From: Candidatus Latescibacterota bacterium
GTDB taxonomy: Bacteria > Latescibacterota > UBA2968
NCBI GenBank assembly: GCA_965207885.1
Contig: OZ242311.1
Span: 2,368,001 to 2,432,000, forward strand
Reading direction: 5' to 3'
Length of the DNA stretch: 64,000 bases
Made by a program: the position numbers and the translations under genes. A model generated the notes under the pieces. The model did no database searches. It was not told the DNA's origin and saw nothing but the letters and a program-made list of their open reading frames with translations. Shown piece by piece: positions 17,147-26,390 of the stretch. Each line of letters opens with the position of its first letter. Within the stretch, counting starts at the first letter, position 1.

Positions 17147-18490
17147 TTAGGGCGCTTTGCGTGCGATCTCTTCTGCCTCTTCCAAATTTCTTTTCGTTTC
17201 GGGATCGGTCGGATCAATCGCAAGCGCCGCCTTCCAGGCCGCCACTGCTTCCAGCAATCGCCCTTGCGCTGCATAGATGACCCCGAGGTTGTTATGGGCC
17301 TTCAACAGATGGGGATCCAGGGCAATCGCCCGTTGATATTCGGCCATCGCCTTATCCAGCACACCCTGTTGCTGATGTACCGCACCCAACTCAACATGCG
17401 CTGGCGCAAACTCGGCGTCCAGCCCGATCGCCTTCTGGAACGCTGTTTTGGCCTCTCGATACATGCCTTGCTGTGCATAGACCAGGCCCAGATTGTGATG
17501 TGCATCTACCGAAACCGAGTCCAGCGCAATCGCCCGTTGAAATACCGTTTCAGCCTCTCGATACATGCCTTGCTGTGCATAGACCAGGCCCAGATTGTGA
17601 TGTGCATCTACCGAAACCGAGTCCAGCGCAATCGCCCGTTGAAACACCCTGGCAGCCCGCTCAAACCTTTCGTAGCGTGCGTGAATCACTCCCAACTCAA
17701 CGTAAACAGAAGGATCATTGGGACTTTGTCGAAGGACGGCTTCCGCCTGTTCTATCTCTTCCAGATACGCATACAGCCGTTTGAATATCTCCAACTCCCG
17801 CTCTCCCTCGTCGGTTTTTCCCTGTCTCATGTAGGCCATACCCAAACCGTAGTGGGACTTCGCGTGTTCCGGATCGATCTTCAGAGTCCGTTCGTACGCC
17901 TGAATGGCCTCCGGATACTTGCGCTGTTTTGAGTACGCGTTTCCCAACGCGTAGTGGGCATCTCGATAGTCGGGATCGCGCTGTATCGCCTTCTTGTATT
18001 TCGCTATGGCCCGGGCATACTCCTTTCCTTCCATGTAGATTTCCCCCAGATTGTAATATACCTGGGTCAGATCCGGGTTGATCGCGACCACCTTTTCATA
18101 GGCTCGAATTGCCTCCGTGTACTCGCCCTGCTGTGCAAGAACCCGGCCGAGGTTATAGTAGGCCTCCACAAAATCTGGTCGCAGAGCGATTACCTTGCGG
18201 AAGGCCTCCACCGCCTCATCGTATTTGCCATGGGATGTGTGAACAAGACCCAAACCAAAGTAGGGCATCGGAGAATCCGAGTCCAATTCGACTGCTTTTT
18301 GGAAGACCTCCATTGCCTTGTCGCGGTCACCCTGGTTTAAGTGAACCATCCCTAAATGAAACCTTATCTCCCCCCTGGACATGCCCTTCTCCTTTTCGGG
18401 ATACGGCCAGAAGTAGATGATAAGCCCGATCAACAGGAGGAGTACAGCGTATATCCAACCTCTTTTCCATTTTTTTAAGCCGGCATTCAC
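17147..18490 (-). CDS. membrane-anchored TPR protein
   Basis: N-terminal TM and about 11 TPR repeats. Confidence 0.9.
   Translation of the reverse strand: MNAGLKKWKRGWIYAVLLLLIGLIIYFWPYPEKEKGMSRGEIRFHLGMVHLNQGDRDKAMEVFQKAVELDSDSPMPYFGLGLVHTSHGKYDEAVEAFRKVIALRPDFVEAYYNLGRVLAQQGEYTEAIRAYEKVVAINPDLTQVYYNLGEIYMEGKEYARAIAKYKKAIQRDPDYRDAHYALGNAYSKQRKYPEAIQAYERTLKIDPEHAKSHYGLGMAYMRQGKTDEGERELEIFKRLYAYLEEIEQAEAVLRQSPNDPSVYVELGVIHARYERFERAARVFQRAIALDSVSVDAHHNLGLVYAQQGMYREAETVFQRAIALDSVSVDAHHNLGLVYAQQGMYREAKTAFQKAIGLDAEFAPAHVELGAVHQQQGVLDKAMAEYQRAIALDPHLLKAHNNLGVIYAAQGRLLEAVAAWKAALAIDPTDPETKRNLEEAEEIARKAP
17451..17644. repeat. tandem duplication, 102-bp period (one TPR unit)
   Basis: 17451-17542 is identical to 17553-17644. 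Confidence 0.9.
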
Positions 18491-20769
18491 AATTCCTCTC
18501 CTTCCGTCACCGTGAGGACCTGATTTACCTGGAGATTCTCAAATCGTTGAACCACACCGCTCGGCCATCGAATCTCCAGAAGGTCCACGCGCTTGTTGGA
18601 CCCCAACCCGAACTCCAGCGGAAGGCTATTCGTAGATCCGAAGCCGCATCCCCCGCTGACCTCTGCGTACAATAATAGTGACCCCGCACGCACGGTCACC
18701 GCCGCCCCGATTCCATCCCGGTTGCTCCGAGTTCCAACCGTTTTAACCACCAGCCAGGTGTTGGAATTCCCTTCGTTGCGGTATAAGCGATTCACCCATT
18801 GATCCCCTATGAACGCCCCCCCAACAGGGACGTAAATATCCAAATCACCGTCACTATCATAATCTGCAAGGGTCACACCATGCCCCTTTCCGACCTGTTC
18901 GACGACGGCGGTGGAAGCGGTCACATCTGTAAAGGTCCCATCCCCATTGTTGTGGTAAAGGGCATCGGGTTCTAACCGCCCCATCTCCGGGCCCCCGTTG
19001 GCCAGATAGAGGTCCTGATATCCATCCTGGTCAATATCGCCAAAGTTGGCCCCCATCGATCCGAAAGCTTTGTTTAGCCCCGCCTGGATGGTCACATCAG
19101 TGAAGGTGCCATCTCCATTGTTGCGGTAGAGCACAGGCGTGCTATAATAAGTGTCCGGACCTGTTTCTCCGTCAACCTGACTCTGGATATAATCGGTAAA
19201 ATCGGCCATAGATGAAAAGAAAAGGTCGAGATCCGCATCGTTGTCATAGTCCAAAAAGAATGTCACAAACCCTTTCCGCCTTGAGGCGACTCCGGCCCGC
19301 TCGCTCACATCCGTAAAGGTCCCATCCCCATTGTTGTGATAAAGGACATTGGATTCCGTATGATTGACGACATACAGATCGAGGTAACCATCTTTATCGT
19401 AATCCCCAAAGGCTGTCCCGATAGCCGATCGGGTGTCTGCAACACCTGCTTGAGCGGCAACATTGGTGAAACTGCCGTCGCCATTATTGTGATAGAGCAC
19501 GTTTGGTGACGCATCTCCGACCACACCGTTGGCGATGTAAAGGTCGAGTACCCCATCATTGTTGTAATCCCCCCAGGCAGCGGCAAAGCCCGACCCGGAA
19601 TCTCCTGCGCCAGCACTCGCCGTCACATCGTCAAAGGTGCCATCCCCATTATTCTGGTAGAGTGAATTCGGCTTCTTACCAAACCAGCCATCCCGGGTTA
19701 CGTAGAGATCCAGATCTCCGTCGTTGTCGTAGTCGGCAAACAGAGACGCGAAACCGCCCGGCATATCGGCCAATCCCGCCTGGACAGCCACATTAGTGAA
19801 GGTGCCATCTCCGTTGTTCCGATAGAGAGCCTGAGGCGCATAATGTCCCAGGGCGAAAATATCCAGGTCTCCGTCGTTGTCGTAGTCTCCCCAGGCGCTA
19901 CCCCGTCCGCCATCCACCTTCGCGACCCCCACCCGGGAAGCGATATCGGTAAACAGGGGGGGAGAAACTCCGAGATCCTCGTGGAAAAGCCTGAGTCTAT
20001 ACCTCTCCTCCAAATCCTCCGGATATCCGCCTTCCCGATCGTAGGCGAGTTTAAGGGCCCATTTGGCCTTCAGGCTGCCCGGCCTGATTTTAAGGGCTTC
20101 TTTCAAATCGGGAATGGCCTTGCGGTAATCCTGGCTTCGGAGATGGGCAATCCCGAGTTGATATTGGGCTTCAAAATGTTGGGGATAATGCGGGATAATT
20201 GATGCGAAGCGCTCTGCGGCTTCAGAAAATTGACCGAGTCTGAGTTCGACGATACCCAGCTGAAAGGAAGCGCCTACATGATCGGGATTCACTTCCAGCA
20301 CCTTCTCAAATTGCCTCTTGGCCTCCTCCAGGTTGGGAAGCATCCCTCCCGCGATCCCCAGGAGGTAGCCAACCTTCATCCGTGCATCCGCAGGGATACT
20401 GTCTGGGTCGGTCAAAAGCACCTGCTGAATCTCCTGTCGAGAGTCGAAGAACCGCCCTTCAGTCGCCAGAACCTCCGCAAGCACCAGGCGGGCTTCGACC
20501 CGGTCCGGCTCAATCTCGATCGCCTGGTGGAGCACATCGGCCGCTCGCCCCAACATCTGCTGCCTCAGATAGATCTCTGCCAGCCGCACGCGGGCATCGT
20601 AGTGGGAGGCGTCGAGTTCCAGACAGCGAAGAAATGCCTGGATCGCCTGCTTGTGCTGGCTCTGATCCACAGATTCGACGCCGCGCCGATAATGCGCCTC
20701 GACCTCCTCCTGATCCGAAGCCAGAGCCCAGACGGGAACCGCGATCAGTAACAACAAGAAAACCCGCAT
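18487..20769 (-). CDS. TPR + FG-GAP/ASPIC-UnbV (CRTAC1-like) secreted protein
   Basis: Signal peptide, N-terminal TPRs, FG-GAP repeats, C-terminal ASPIC/UnbV. Confidence 0.9.
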   Translation of the reverse strand: MRVFLLLLIAVPVWALASDQEEVEAHYRRGVESVDQSQHKQAIQAFLRCLELDASHYDARVRLAEIYLRQQMLGRAADVLHQAIEIEPDRVEARLVLAEVLATEGRFFDSRQEIQQVLLTDPDSIPADARMKVGYLLGIAGGMLPNLEEAKRQFEKVLEVNPDHVGASFQLGIVELRLGQFSEAAERFASIIPHYPQHFEAQYQLGIAHLRSQDYRKAIPDLKEALKIRPGSLKAKWALKLAYDREGGYPEDLEERYRLRLFHEDLGVSPPLFTDIASRVGVAKVDGGRGSAWGDYDNDGDLDIFALGHYAPQALYRNNGDGTFTNVAVQAGLADMPGGFASLFADYDNDGDLDLYVTRDGWFGKKPNSLYQNNGDGTFDDVTASAGAGDSGSGFAAAWGDYNNDGVLDLYIANGVVGDASPNVLYHNNGDGSFTNVAAQAGVADTRSAIGTAFGDYDKDGYLDLYVVNHTESNVLYHNNGDGTFTDVSERAGVASRRKGFVTFFLDYDNDADLDLFFSSMADFTDYIQSQVDGETGPDTYYSTPVLYRNNGDGTFTDVTIQAGLNKAFGSMGANFGDIDQDGYQDLYLANGGPEMGRLEPDALYHNNGDGTFTDVTASTAVVEQVGKGHGVTLADYDSDGDLDIYVPVGGAFIGDQWVNRLYRNEGNSNTWLVVKTVGTRSNRDGIGAAVTVRAGSLLLYAEVSGGCGFGSTNSLPLEFGLGSNKRVDLLEIRWPSGVVQRFENLQVNQVLTVTEGEEL

Positions 20770-20805
20770 TTCCATCCTCCATGTCTATTCAGGTTAAAAC
20801 AGGGT

Positions 20806-21924
20806 TCAGCTATCCCATTCGTTCGAAATCAGGGCTGCTCCCGTCTCTTTGTCGAAAAAGTGTATCTCGGCCAAATCGAACGCCAGGTGAACCGTTTCGC
20901 CGACTGCCGGAATCCAATCCGTATAGATACGGGCGACAAACCGTGTATCTTCCGCCCTCAGGTAGAGATAGGTCTCGTTTCCCATCGGTTCTACCACCTC
21001 AACGCTGGCGCGGATCTCCCCTCGTTCCTGAGGCCCGTAGGGAGCAGACGCCTCGACAATATGTTCCGGTCTGATGCCCAGTACCAGATCCCGGCCGATG
21101 TAGGCTTGCAGACAACCGGTACATCGCTCTGGAATGGGGAAGCAGATGGCATCGCTGGAAAAGGCCACCCCCTTGTTTCGGGTCAGCCTGCCCTCCAGAA
21201 AATTCATTGACGGGCTGCCGATAAAACCGGCCACAAACCGGTTGACCGGATGCCGGTAGAGATCGATAGGGGAACCAATCTGCTGGATCCGTCCCTCTCG
21301 CATCGCTACAATCCGATCCCCCATCGTCATCGCCTCGACCTGATCGTGGGTGACATAGATCATCGTCGCGTCCAGATGCATATGCAGCTTGCTGATCTCT
21401 GTGCGCATCTGGACGCGCAGCCCGGCATCCAGGTTCGACAGCGGCTCGTCGAACAGAAAGACCTTCGGTTTCCGAACGATAGCCCGCCCCACCGCCACGC
21501 GCTGTCGCTGCCCACCCGACAGCGCCTTCGGCTTCCGGCCAAGCAGGTCGCCGATTCCCAGAATATCTGTCGCTTCCCTTACCCGGGCGTCGATCTCCTC
21601 CTTCCGGTATTTCCGCAGCTTCAACCCGAAGGCCATATTCTGGTAAACGGACATGTGGGGGTAGAGGGCGTAATTCTGGAAGACCATGGCAATATCCCGA
21701 TCTTTGGGCAGGAGGTTGTTTGCCAGGACCCCCCCGATATAGATCTCTCCTCTGGTCACTTCCTCCAGACCGGCGATCATCCGGAGGATTGTCGTCTTCC
21801 CGCACCCGGACGGACCCACCAGGACCACAAGCTCTCCATCTTCCACCTGGAGATCGACATCCTCCACTGCCACCACCGCTTTGTCGAATACCTTTCGCAC
21901 ACGCTTCAGAGTCACGCTCGCCAT
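20806..21924 (-). CDS. carbohydrate ABC transporter ATPase (MalK/UgpC-like)
   Basis: GPSGCGKTT, VFQNYALYPH, LSGGQRQR, TOBE domain; start by SD. Confidence 0.93.
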   Translation of the reverse strand: MASVTLKRVRKVFDKAVVAVEDVDLQVEDGELVVLVGPSGCGKTTILRMIAGLEEVTRGEIYIGGVLANNLLPKDRDIAMVFQNYALYPHMSVYQNMAFGLKLRKYRKEEIDARVREATDILGIGDLLGRKPKALSGGQRQRVAVGRAIVRKPKVFLFDEPLSNLDAGLRVQMRTEISKLHMHLDATMIYVTHDQVEAMTMGDRIVAMREGRIQQIGSPIDLYRHPVNRFVAGFIGSPSMNFLEGRLTRNKGVAFSSDAICFPIPERCTGCLQAYIGRDLVLGIRPEHIVEASAPYGPQERGEIRASVEVVEPMGNETYLYLRAEDTRFVARIYTDWIPAVGETVHLAFDLAEIHFFDKETGAALISNEWDS

Positions 21925-21989
21925 CGCTACCTCTTCTTTTTGGTGACACGCATCTCTCTCCTGAGTTTCCGTCCGCCATCCGCTGGCTG

Positions 21990-22829
21990 TCATTCACCTT
22001 TGAGCGAACCGACCATCAGGCCGGAAACAAAATAGCGCAGACCACTGAGGTACAAAAGAAGCATCGGAAAAACGGCCACGAGCAATCCCGCCATCGTCAC
22101 TGGCACATTGACGCCGAATCGATCCCGAAAAACAGTGATCCCCACCATAAGTGTGCGCATATCGTCGGCCTGTAGGAGCACCAGGGAGATGAGCAACTCA
22201 TTCCAGACCCACAACGCGTTGACGATGGCCAAGGTGGCGATCGCCGGAAGGGACAGCGGCAGCACGATTTTGCGCAACAGCAACCCGTGCGAACACCCAT
22301 CAATCAGGGCTGCGTCGAAGATTCCCTGGGGCAGCTGGCTGAAGAAGCCAGTCAAAAAAAACGTGGTATAGGGCAACATAAACCCGCAATACACCGCAAT
22401 GGCCGCCGGATAGGTGTTCACCAGACCGACCTTCACCATAAAGACAAATAGCGGCACGATCATGGCGATGACCGGAACGGCCATCAGCGCCGAGGTCAGC
22501 CGAAAGAGTACGTGCCGGCCCGTGAAAGGGATCCGGGCGAAGGCGTAAGCTGCAAAGCACGAGATACCGAGCGTCAAACCGACCGACGTGATTGTGAGAA
22601 CAGTGCTGTTCAAAATCCACCGTGCAAACTCCGACTGGCCAAAGACAACGGCAAAATTGTTCAGCACAGGCGAAGAGGGTAATCCCACCGGATCCTGGAA
22701 AAACTCCATCTGCTCTTTAAGAGCCGAAACCAACATAAAGTAGAGGGGGACGAGGGCCACGATGCACAGCCCGAGCAGAACAAAGTGGCACACGGCCGAC
22801 CGAATAAATCTTTGGACCATCGCGAGCAT
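21990..22829 (-). CDS. carbohydrate ABC transporter permease
   Basis: DAALIDG EAA loop, WVWNE. Confidence 0.9.
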   Translation of the reverse strand: MLAMVQRFIRSAVCHFVLLGLCIVALVPLYFMLVSALKEQMEFFQDPVGLPSSPVLNNFAVVFGQSEFARWILNSTVLTITSVGLTLGISCFAAYAFARIPFTGRHVLFRLTSALMAVPVIAMIVPLFVFMVKVGLVNTYPAAIAVYCGFMLPYTTFFLTGFFSQLPQGIFDAALIDGCSHGLLLRKIVLPLSLPAIATLAIVNALWVWNELLISLVLLQADDMRTLMVGITVFRDRFGVNVPVTMAGLLVAVFPMLLLYLSGLRYFVSGLMVGSLKGE

Positions 22830-22832
22830 CCT

Positions 22833-23720
22833 CTACTCGAAGATTTCCACCCGGCGCAGCAGGCTGAAAAGGCCGGATAGGCCCACAGCGACGAGCAATA
22901 TCACGACAAACGAACAGGCGGAGGCAACGCCGATCTCGTCGTAGCTGAAAGCCCGCTGATAGATATAAAATTCACTCACGTAGGTGGTGAAGCCGGGCCC
23001 GCCCCGGGTCAGTACAAAGATATAATTGAATACCCAGCTAAACAGCTGAATCATCATAACGCTCGTGTAAAACAGAATCACCGTACTCAGCTGCGGAACC
23101 GTAACGTAATAAAGTGTCTGCCACCAGCCCGCCCCATCAATACGGGCACTTTCGTAGAGTTCGCCCGGAACCTGCATCAGGCGGGCCAGGAAAAGGACGA
23201 TGCCCAACCCCAATTCCCGCCAGACGATCACACCCCCTACGGTAAAAAAAGCGAGATGAGGATCTCCCAGCCAATCCTGGCGCAGTCCACCCAGTCCGGC
23301 GAAATCAAGGACCCTGTTGACCAGACCGCGGTACTGAAGGATGTAACCAAACGCGATGCCGGTAACCACAACCGGTATCATGTACGGGAGAAAGATGAAA
23401 AACCTGTACACCTGCCAGCCCCTGATCCGCTCGTACAGCAGGGACGAAAAAACCAGAGACAGAAAAACGAGAATCGGTATCAGGAAGAACAACCCAACAT
23501 TGTTCCACAACGCCTGCCAGAAAATCGGATCGCCCAGCAAGCGTTGGTAGTTGTCCAGCGCGGTCCACACACCGGTCCCTCTATGCCGCAGGCTGAATTC
23601 GATAACCTTCGCCATAGGGTATGCATACACAAAGGCGAGAATGGCAAGGGCGGGAACGAGAAAGGTGTACCCTGCGCGATTTGCCCACTGTATCATCACA
23701 CGCTGTCTCCTGACCTGCAT
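22833..23720 (-). CDS. carbohydrate ABC transporter permease
   Basis: LYESARIDGA, LTRGGP. Confidence 0.9.
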   Translation of the reverse strand: MQVRRQRVMIQWANRAGYTFLVPALAILAFVYAYPMAKVIEFSLRHRGTGVWTALDNYQRLLGDPIFWQALWNNVGLFFLIPILVFLSLVFSSLLYERIRGWQVYRFFIFLPYMIPVVVTGIAFGYILQYRGLVNRVLDFAGLGGLRQDWLGDPHLAFFTVGGVIVWRELGLGIVLFLARLMQVPGELYESARIDGAGWWQTLYYVTVPQLSTVILFYTSVMMIQLFSWVFNYIFVLTRGGPGFTTYVSEFYIYQRAFSYDEIGVASACSFVVILLVAVGLSGLFSLLRRVEIFE

Positions 23721-23723
23721 ACG

Positions 23724-25109
23724 CTATCTGGCCTCAGAAGCCCAAGTAGCGAGTTCTTCAACCGTATCCACATTCGAATCCCGCCACCGGTTGAGGAATT
23801 CATCCACCTGCTCCGCAGCCCGATCTGCGGACAGTGCTCCGGCGAACAGGGACTGCACCGCCGGGAAAAGATTTTCCCGATCCATCTGCGGCGGCCAGTA
23901 GTTCTGGTAATTCGTCATGCTCTCGCTTCCCATCCACGCGGCAATCGTGCGATCCTGCGGCCACACAAGTCTGCTGCGATCGAAGCGCCTGTCGGGTGGA
24001 ATCGCTCCCGACAGGGCATGCATCCGATCCAGTCGTTCCGGGGTATGAAAGTAACAGAGCAGATCGGCCGCGTCCTCCTTGTAATCCGACCACGAAGTCA
24101 CAAGCAGTTGCTGTGCCGTATTCGGCATCCTACCCGCCAGCCTGCCTTTCCCGAATCTGGGAGGCAGCATGACACCCACGTTCTCCTCTCCCAGCATCTT
24201 GCTGAAGTAGCTCACCTTGGTCTGGCCGGCAACGGCCATCGCCGCCTCTCCAGCCAGAAACAGGTTTTGAGCCTGATAGTATTCCAACGAAGAGACATCC
24301 CGGTTGAAAACGCCCTTTCGAACCATCTCCTCCACGCGGTGCAGCCAGCTTGAATACAGAGGATCGATAAACGGAACCTCGCCGGTAGCGGCCTTGAGAA
24401 TATCGATAGAATTGTCCAATTCCTGCAAAATGAAGAGGCTGCTAAAATTTCCGATACCGCTCAGACCCTTCACACCATATCCCCACGGCACAAAACCGGC
24501 AGCCCGCAGGCGATCTGCTGCCGATAGGAACGCATCCCAGGTGCGAGGTGGATGATCGGGATCCAGGCCCGCCCGGGCAAAAGCCGGCTTGCTGTAAACG
24601 AGCAGGAAGGGAAGCGCATACCAGGGGAGCCCATAGACCTTCCCCCGAAAGGCGGTCTCCCGCAGACTGTCGGGAAAAACAGGCTCCAGATCGTCCTTGC
24701 TCAGCAGGTCGCTGATCGGATGCACATACCCCCGCCAGACGAACTGCATCGTGGATACCCCACCCCACATATACTGAATATCGGGCCCCTGTCGGGCCTG
24801 TCCGGCGGAGGCGAATGACGGGTAGAGCGATTCTGTAGCCTGTAGCACGGTTGCAATCTCAACGCCCGGATGCGCCGCCTTGTATCGGTGAACGGTCTCC
24901 CGCACCCACTGCTGCAGACCCGGTGCCTCCTGTTCGCCCCACCACCAGACGGTGAGATGAACCTCTGGTGCGGCCCGGACGCTGCCGGGCGTCAGCGGGA
25001 TAACCAGAGACAGACCTGCCAGACCGGCAGTTGCTCGGCCGCTCCTTGCAAGGAACTCCCGCCGTGTCACTCCTCCATCACCCACTGGTTCAATCTCCTT
25101 ATAGCTCAT
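23724..25109 (-). CDS. carbohydrate ABC substrate-binding protein, Tat-exported
   Basis: TRREFL twin-arginine signal; GPDI, YGLPW, PPRTWD; start refined from the ORF track. Confidence 0.85.
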   Translation of the reverse strand: MSYKEIEPVGDGGVTRREFLARSGRATAGLAGLSLVIPLTPGSVRAAPEVHLTVWWWGEQEAPGLQQWVRETVHRYKAAHPGVEIATVLQATESLYPSFASAGQARQGPDIQYMWGGVSTMQFVWRGYVHPISDLLSKDDLEPVFPDSLRETAFRGKVYGLPWYALPFLLVYSKPAFARAGLDPDHPPRTWDAFLSAADRLRAAGFVPWGYGVKGLSGIGNFSSLFILQELDNSIDILKAATGEVPFIDPLYSSWLHRVEEMVRKGVFNRDVSSLEYYQAQNLFLAGEAAMAVAGQTKVSYFSKMLGEENVGVMLPPRFGKGRLAGRMPNTAQQLLVTSWSDYKEDAADLLCYFHTPERLDRMHALSGAIPPDRRFDRSRLVWPQDRTIAAWMGSESMTNYQNYWPPQMDRENLFPAVQSLFAGALSADRAAEQVDEFLNRWRDSNVDTVEELATWASEAR

Positions 25110-26337
25110 CCGAGTTCTGGTGTGCAGTCGGTAGTGGTCCAAATCGCTTGACGGCGTCGCTTCTATCCACGATATCCGGCACCTGGACCGGCCTCCCCTC
25201 GTAGATCGACTGCACCGCACAGATTGCTCCAGCGCAGGATCGGGCACTCTCATAGACGTTGCACGGCGGCTGATAGTCTTCCAGGATGGCATTCACCAGA
25301 TCCAGGTCGGCCAGGTACTCCGTGCCGCCGTGGCCCACCCTCCCGGAGATTTCCTCATCCACAATCAGCGGCGGCACTTCGATCTTCACCATCCCGTGTT
25401 CCGACTGCTCCTTTGCAGCCTCGTCCTCCTGTTTGACGGACATTGTGTACATCCACCCATAAACGCCCCTGCTATAATTCGGATCTTCGTCGGCAAAGCA
25501 GCCATAGACACCCGGCCCATCGGGAGGATGGGGCAGACGGCCGGAGGTCTCCAGCGTGCCCTTCGTCCCGTACACGGCGGCATACTCTATCGTGGGCCGC
25601 TTTGGGCCCTTTGAACAGACACATCGGGCAATCGCACCGCTCGCCGTTTTGAAAAGCGCCACTTCGTGATCATACACCTGTCGATAGGGCATATTCTTTT
25701 TGTTCCCGTACCCGAACACCTCGACGAATTGCTCTCCCATCAACCAGTACGCATTATCTATGGCATACAGACCGCCGCCGGCGCTGATCGATCCCTGAGC
25801 CAGTTCTCCCAACCCCCATCGGAAGGTCGGAGAACCATCCTGCCGGATGGTAATTCCCTCAATGTCGTGGACATATTCTGTCTCTACATAGTAGATCTCT
25901 CCAAGCTTTTCTTGTTCGATCAACCGCTTCATATGCACCGTCGGTGCCATCCACCGGAGCTGATTGTCCATCTGGACCTTCAGATTGCGCCTTTCAGACA
26001 TATACACAATCTTCCAGAGCGTCTCCAGGGACTGGTTCTCCATTGGCACCTCAACCATAACGTGCTTCCAGTGGTCCAGTGCCGCCAGGGTGTGCTGCCC
26101 GTGCAGGTGGCAGGGCGTGCAGAGGGCCACCAGGTCCACATCCTTTTCGGCGAGCACATCGGCGTATCGGGTGGTCCACTTGCCAATGCCGTGTTCCTCT
26201 GCCGCGGATCTGGCCCGCTCCTCAACGACATCGCAGACCATCACCACTTCCGTCTGGTCGATGTACTCGTTGAACACCCGAACGTGCGCCCTCCCATGGC
26301 CCATCCCGACCACAGCAACCTTCAATGTCTTTGCCAT
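25099..26337 (-). CDS. Gfo/Idh/MocA oxidoreductase, GH109-like
   Basis: VGMGHG, EVP, GHGG, NVYESA. Confidence 0.85.
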   Translation of the reverse strand: MAKTLKVAVVGMGHGRAHVRVFNEYIDQTEVVMVCDVVEERARSAAEEHGIGKWTTRYADVLAEKDVDLVALCTPCHLHGQHTLAALDHWKHVMVEVPMENQSLETLWKIVYMSERRNLKVQMDNQLRWMAPTVHMKRLIEQEKLGEIYYVETEYVHDIEGITIRQDGSPTFRWGLGELAQGSISAGGGLYAIDNAYWLMGEQFVEVFGYGNKKNMPYRQVYDHEVALFKTASGAIARCVCSKGPKRPTIEYAAVYGTKGTLETSGRLPHPPDGPGVYGCFADEDPNYSRGVYGWMYTMSVKQEDEAAKEQSEHGMVKIEVPPLIVDEEISGRVGHGGTEYLADLDLVNAILEDYQPPCNVYESARSCAGAICAVQSIYEGRPVQVPDIVDRSDAVKRFGPLPTAHQNSDEL

Positions 26338-26390
26338 CGCCTGTTTCTCCTTCTGATCATGATCACCGCTCAAGCGCGTGCTATATGGCT

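Noticed and set aside
15372-20000. Recurring ~30-50 nt repeats that superficially resemble a CRISPR or DGR array
   Set aside because: They are in-frame FG-GAP coding repeats; there is no cas gene or reverse transcriptase in the window.
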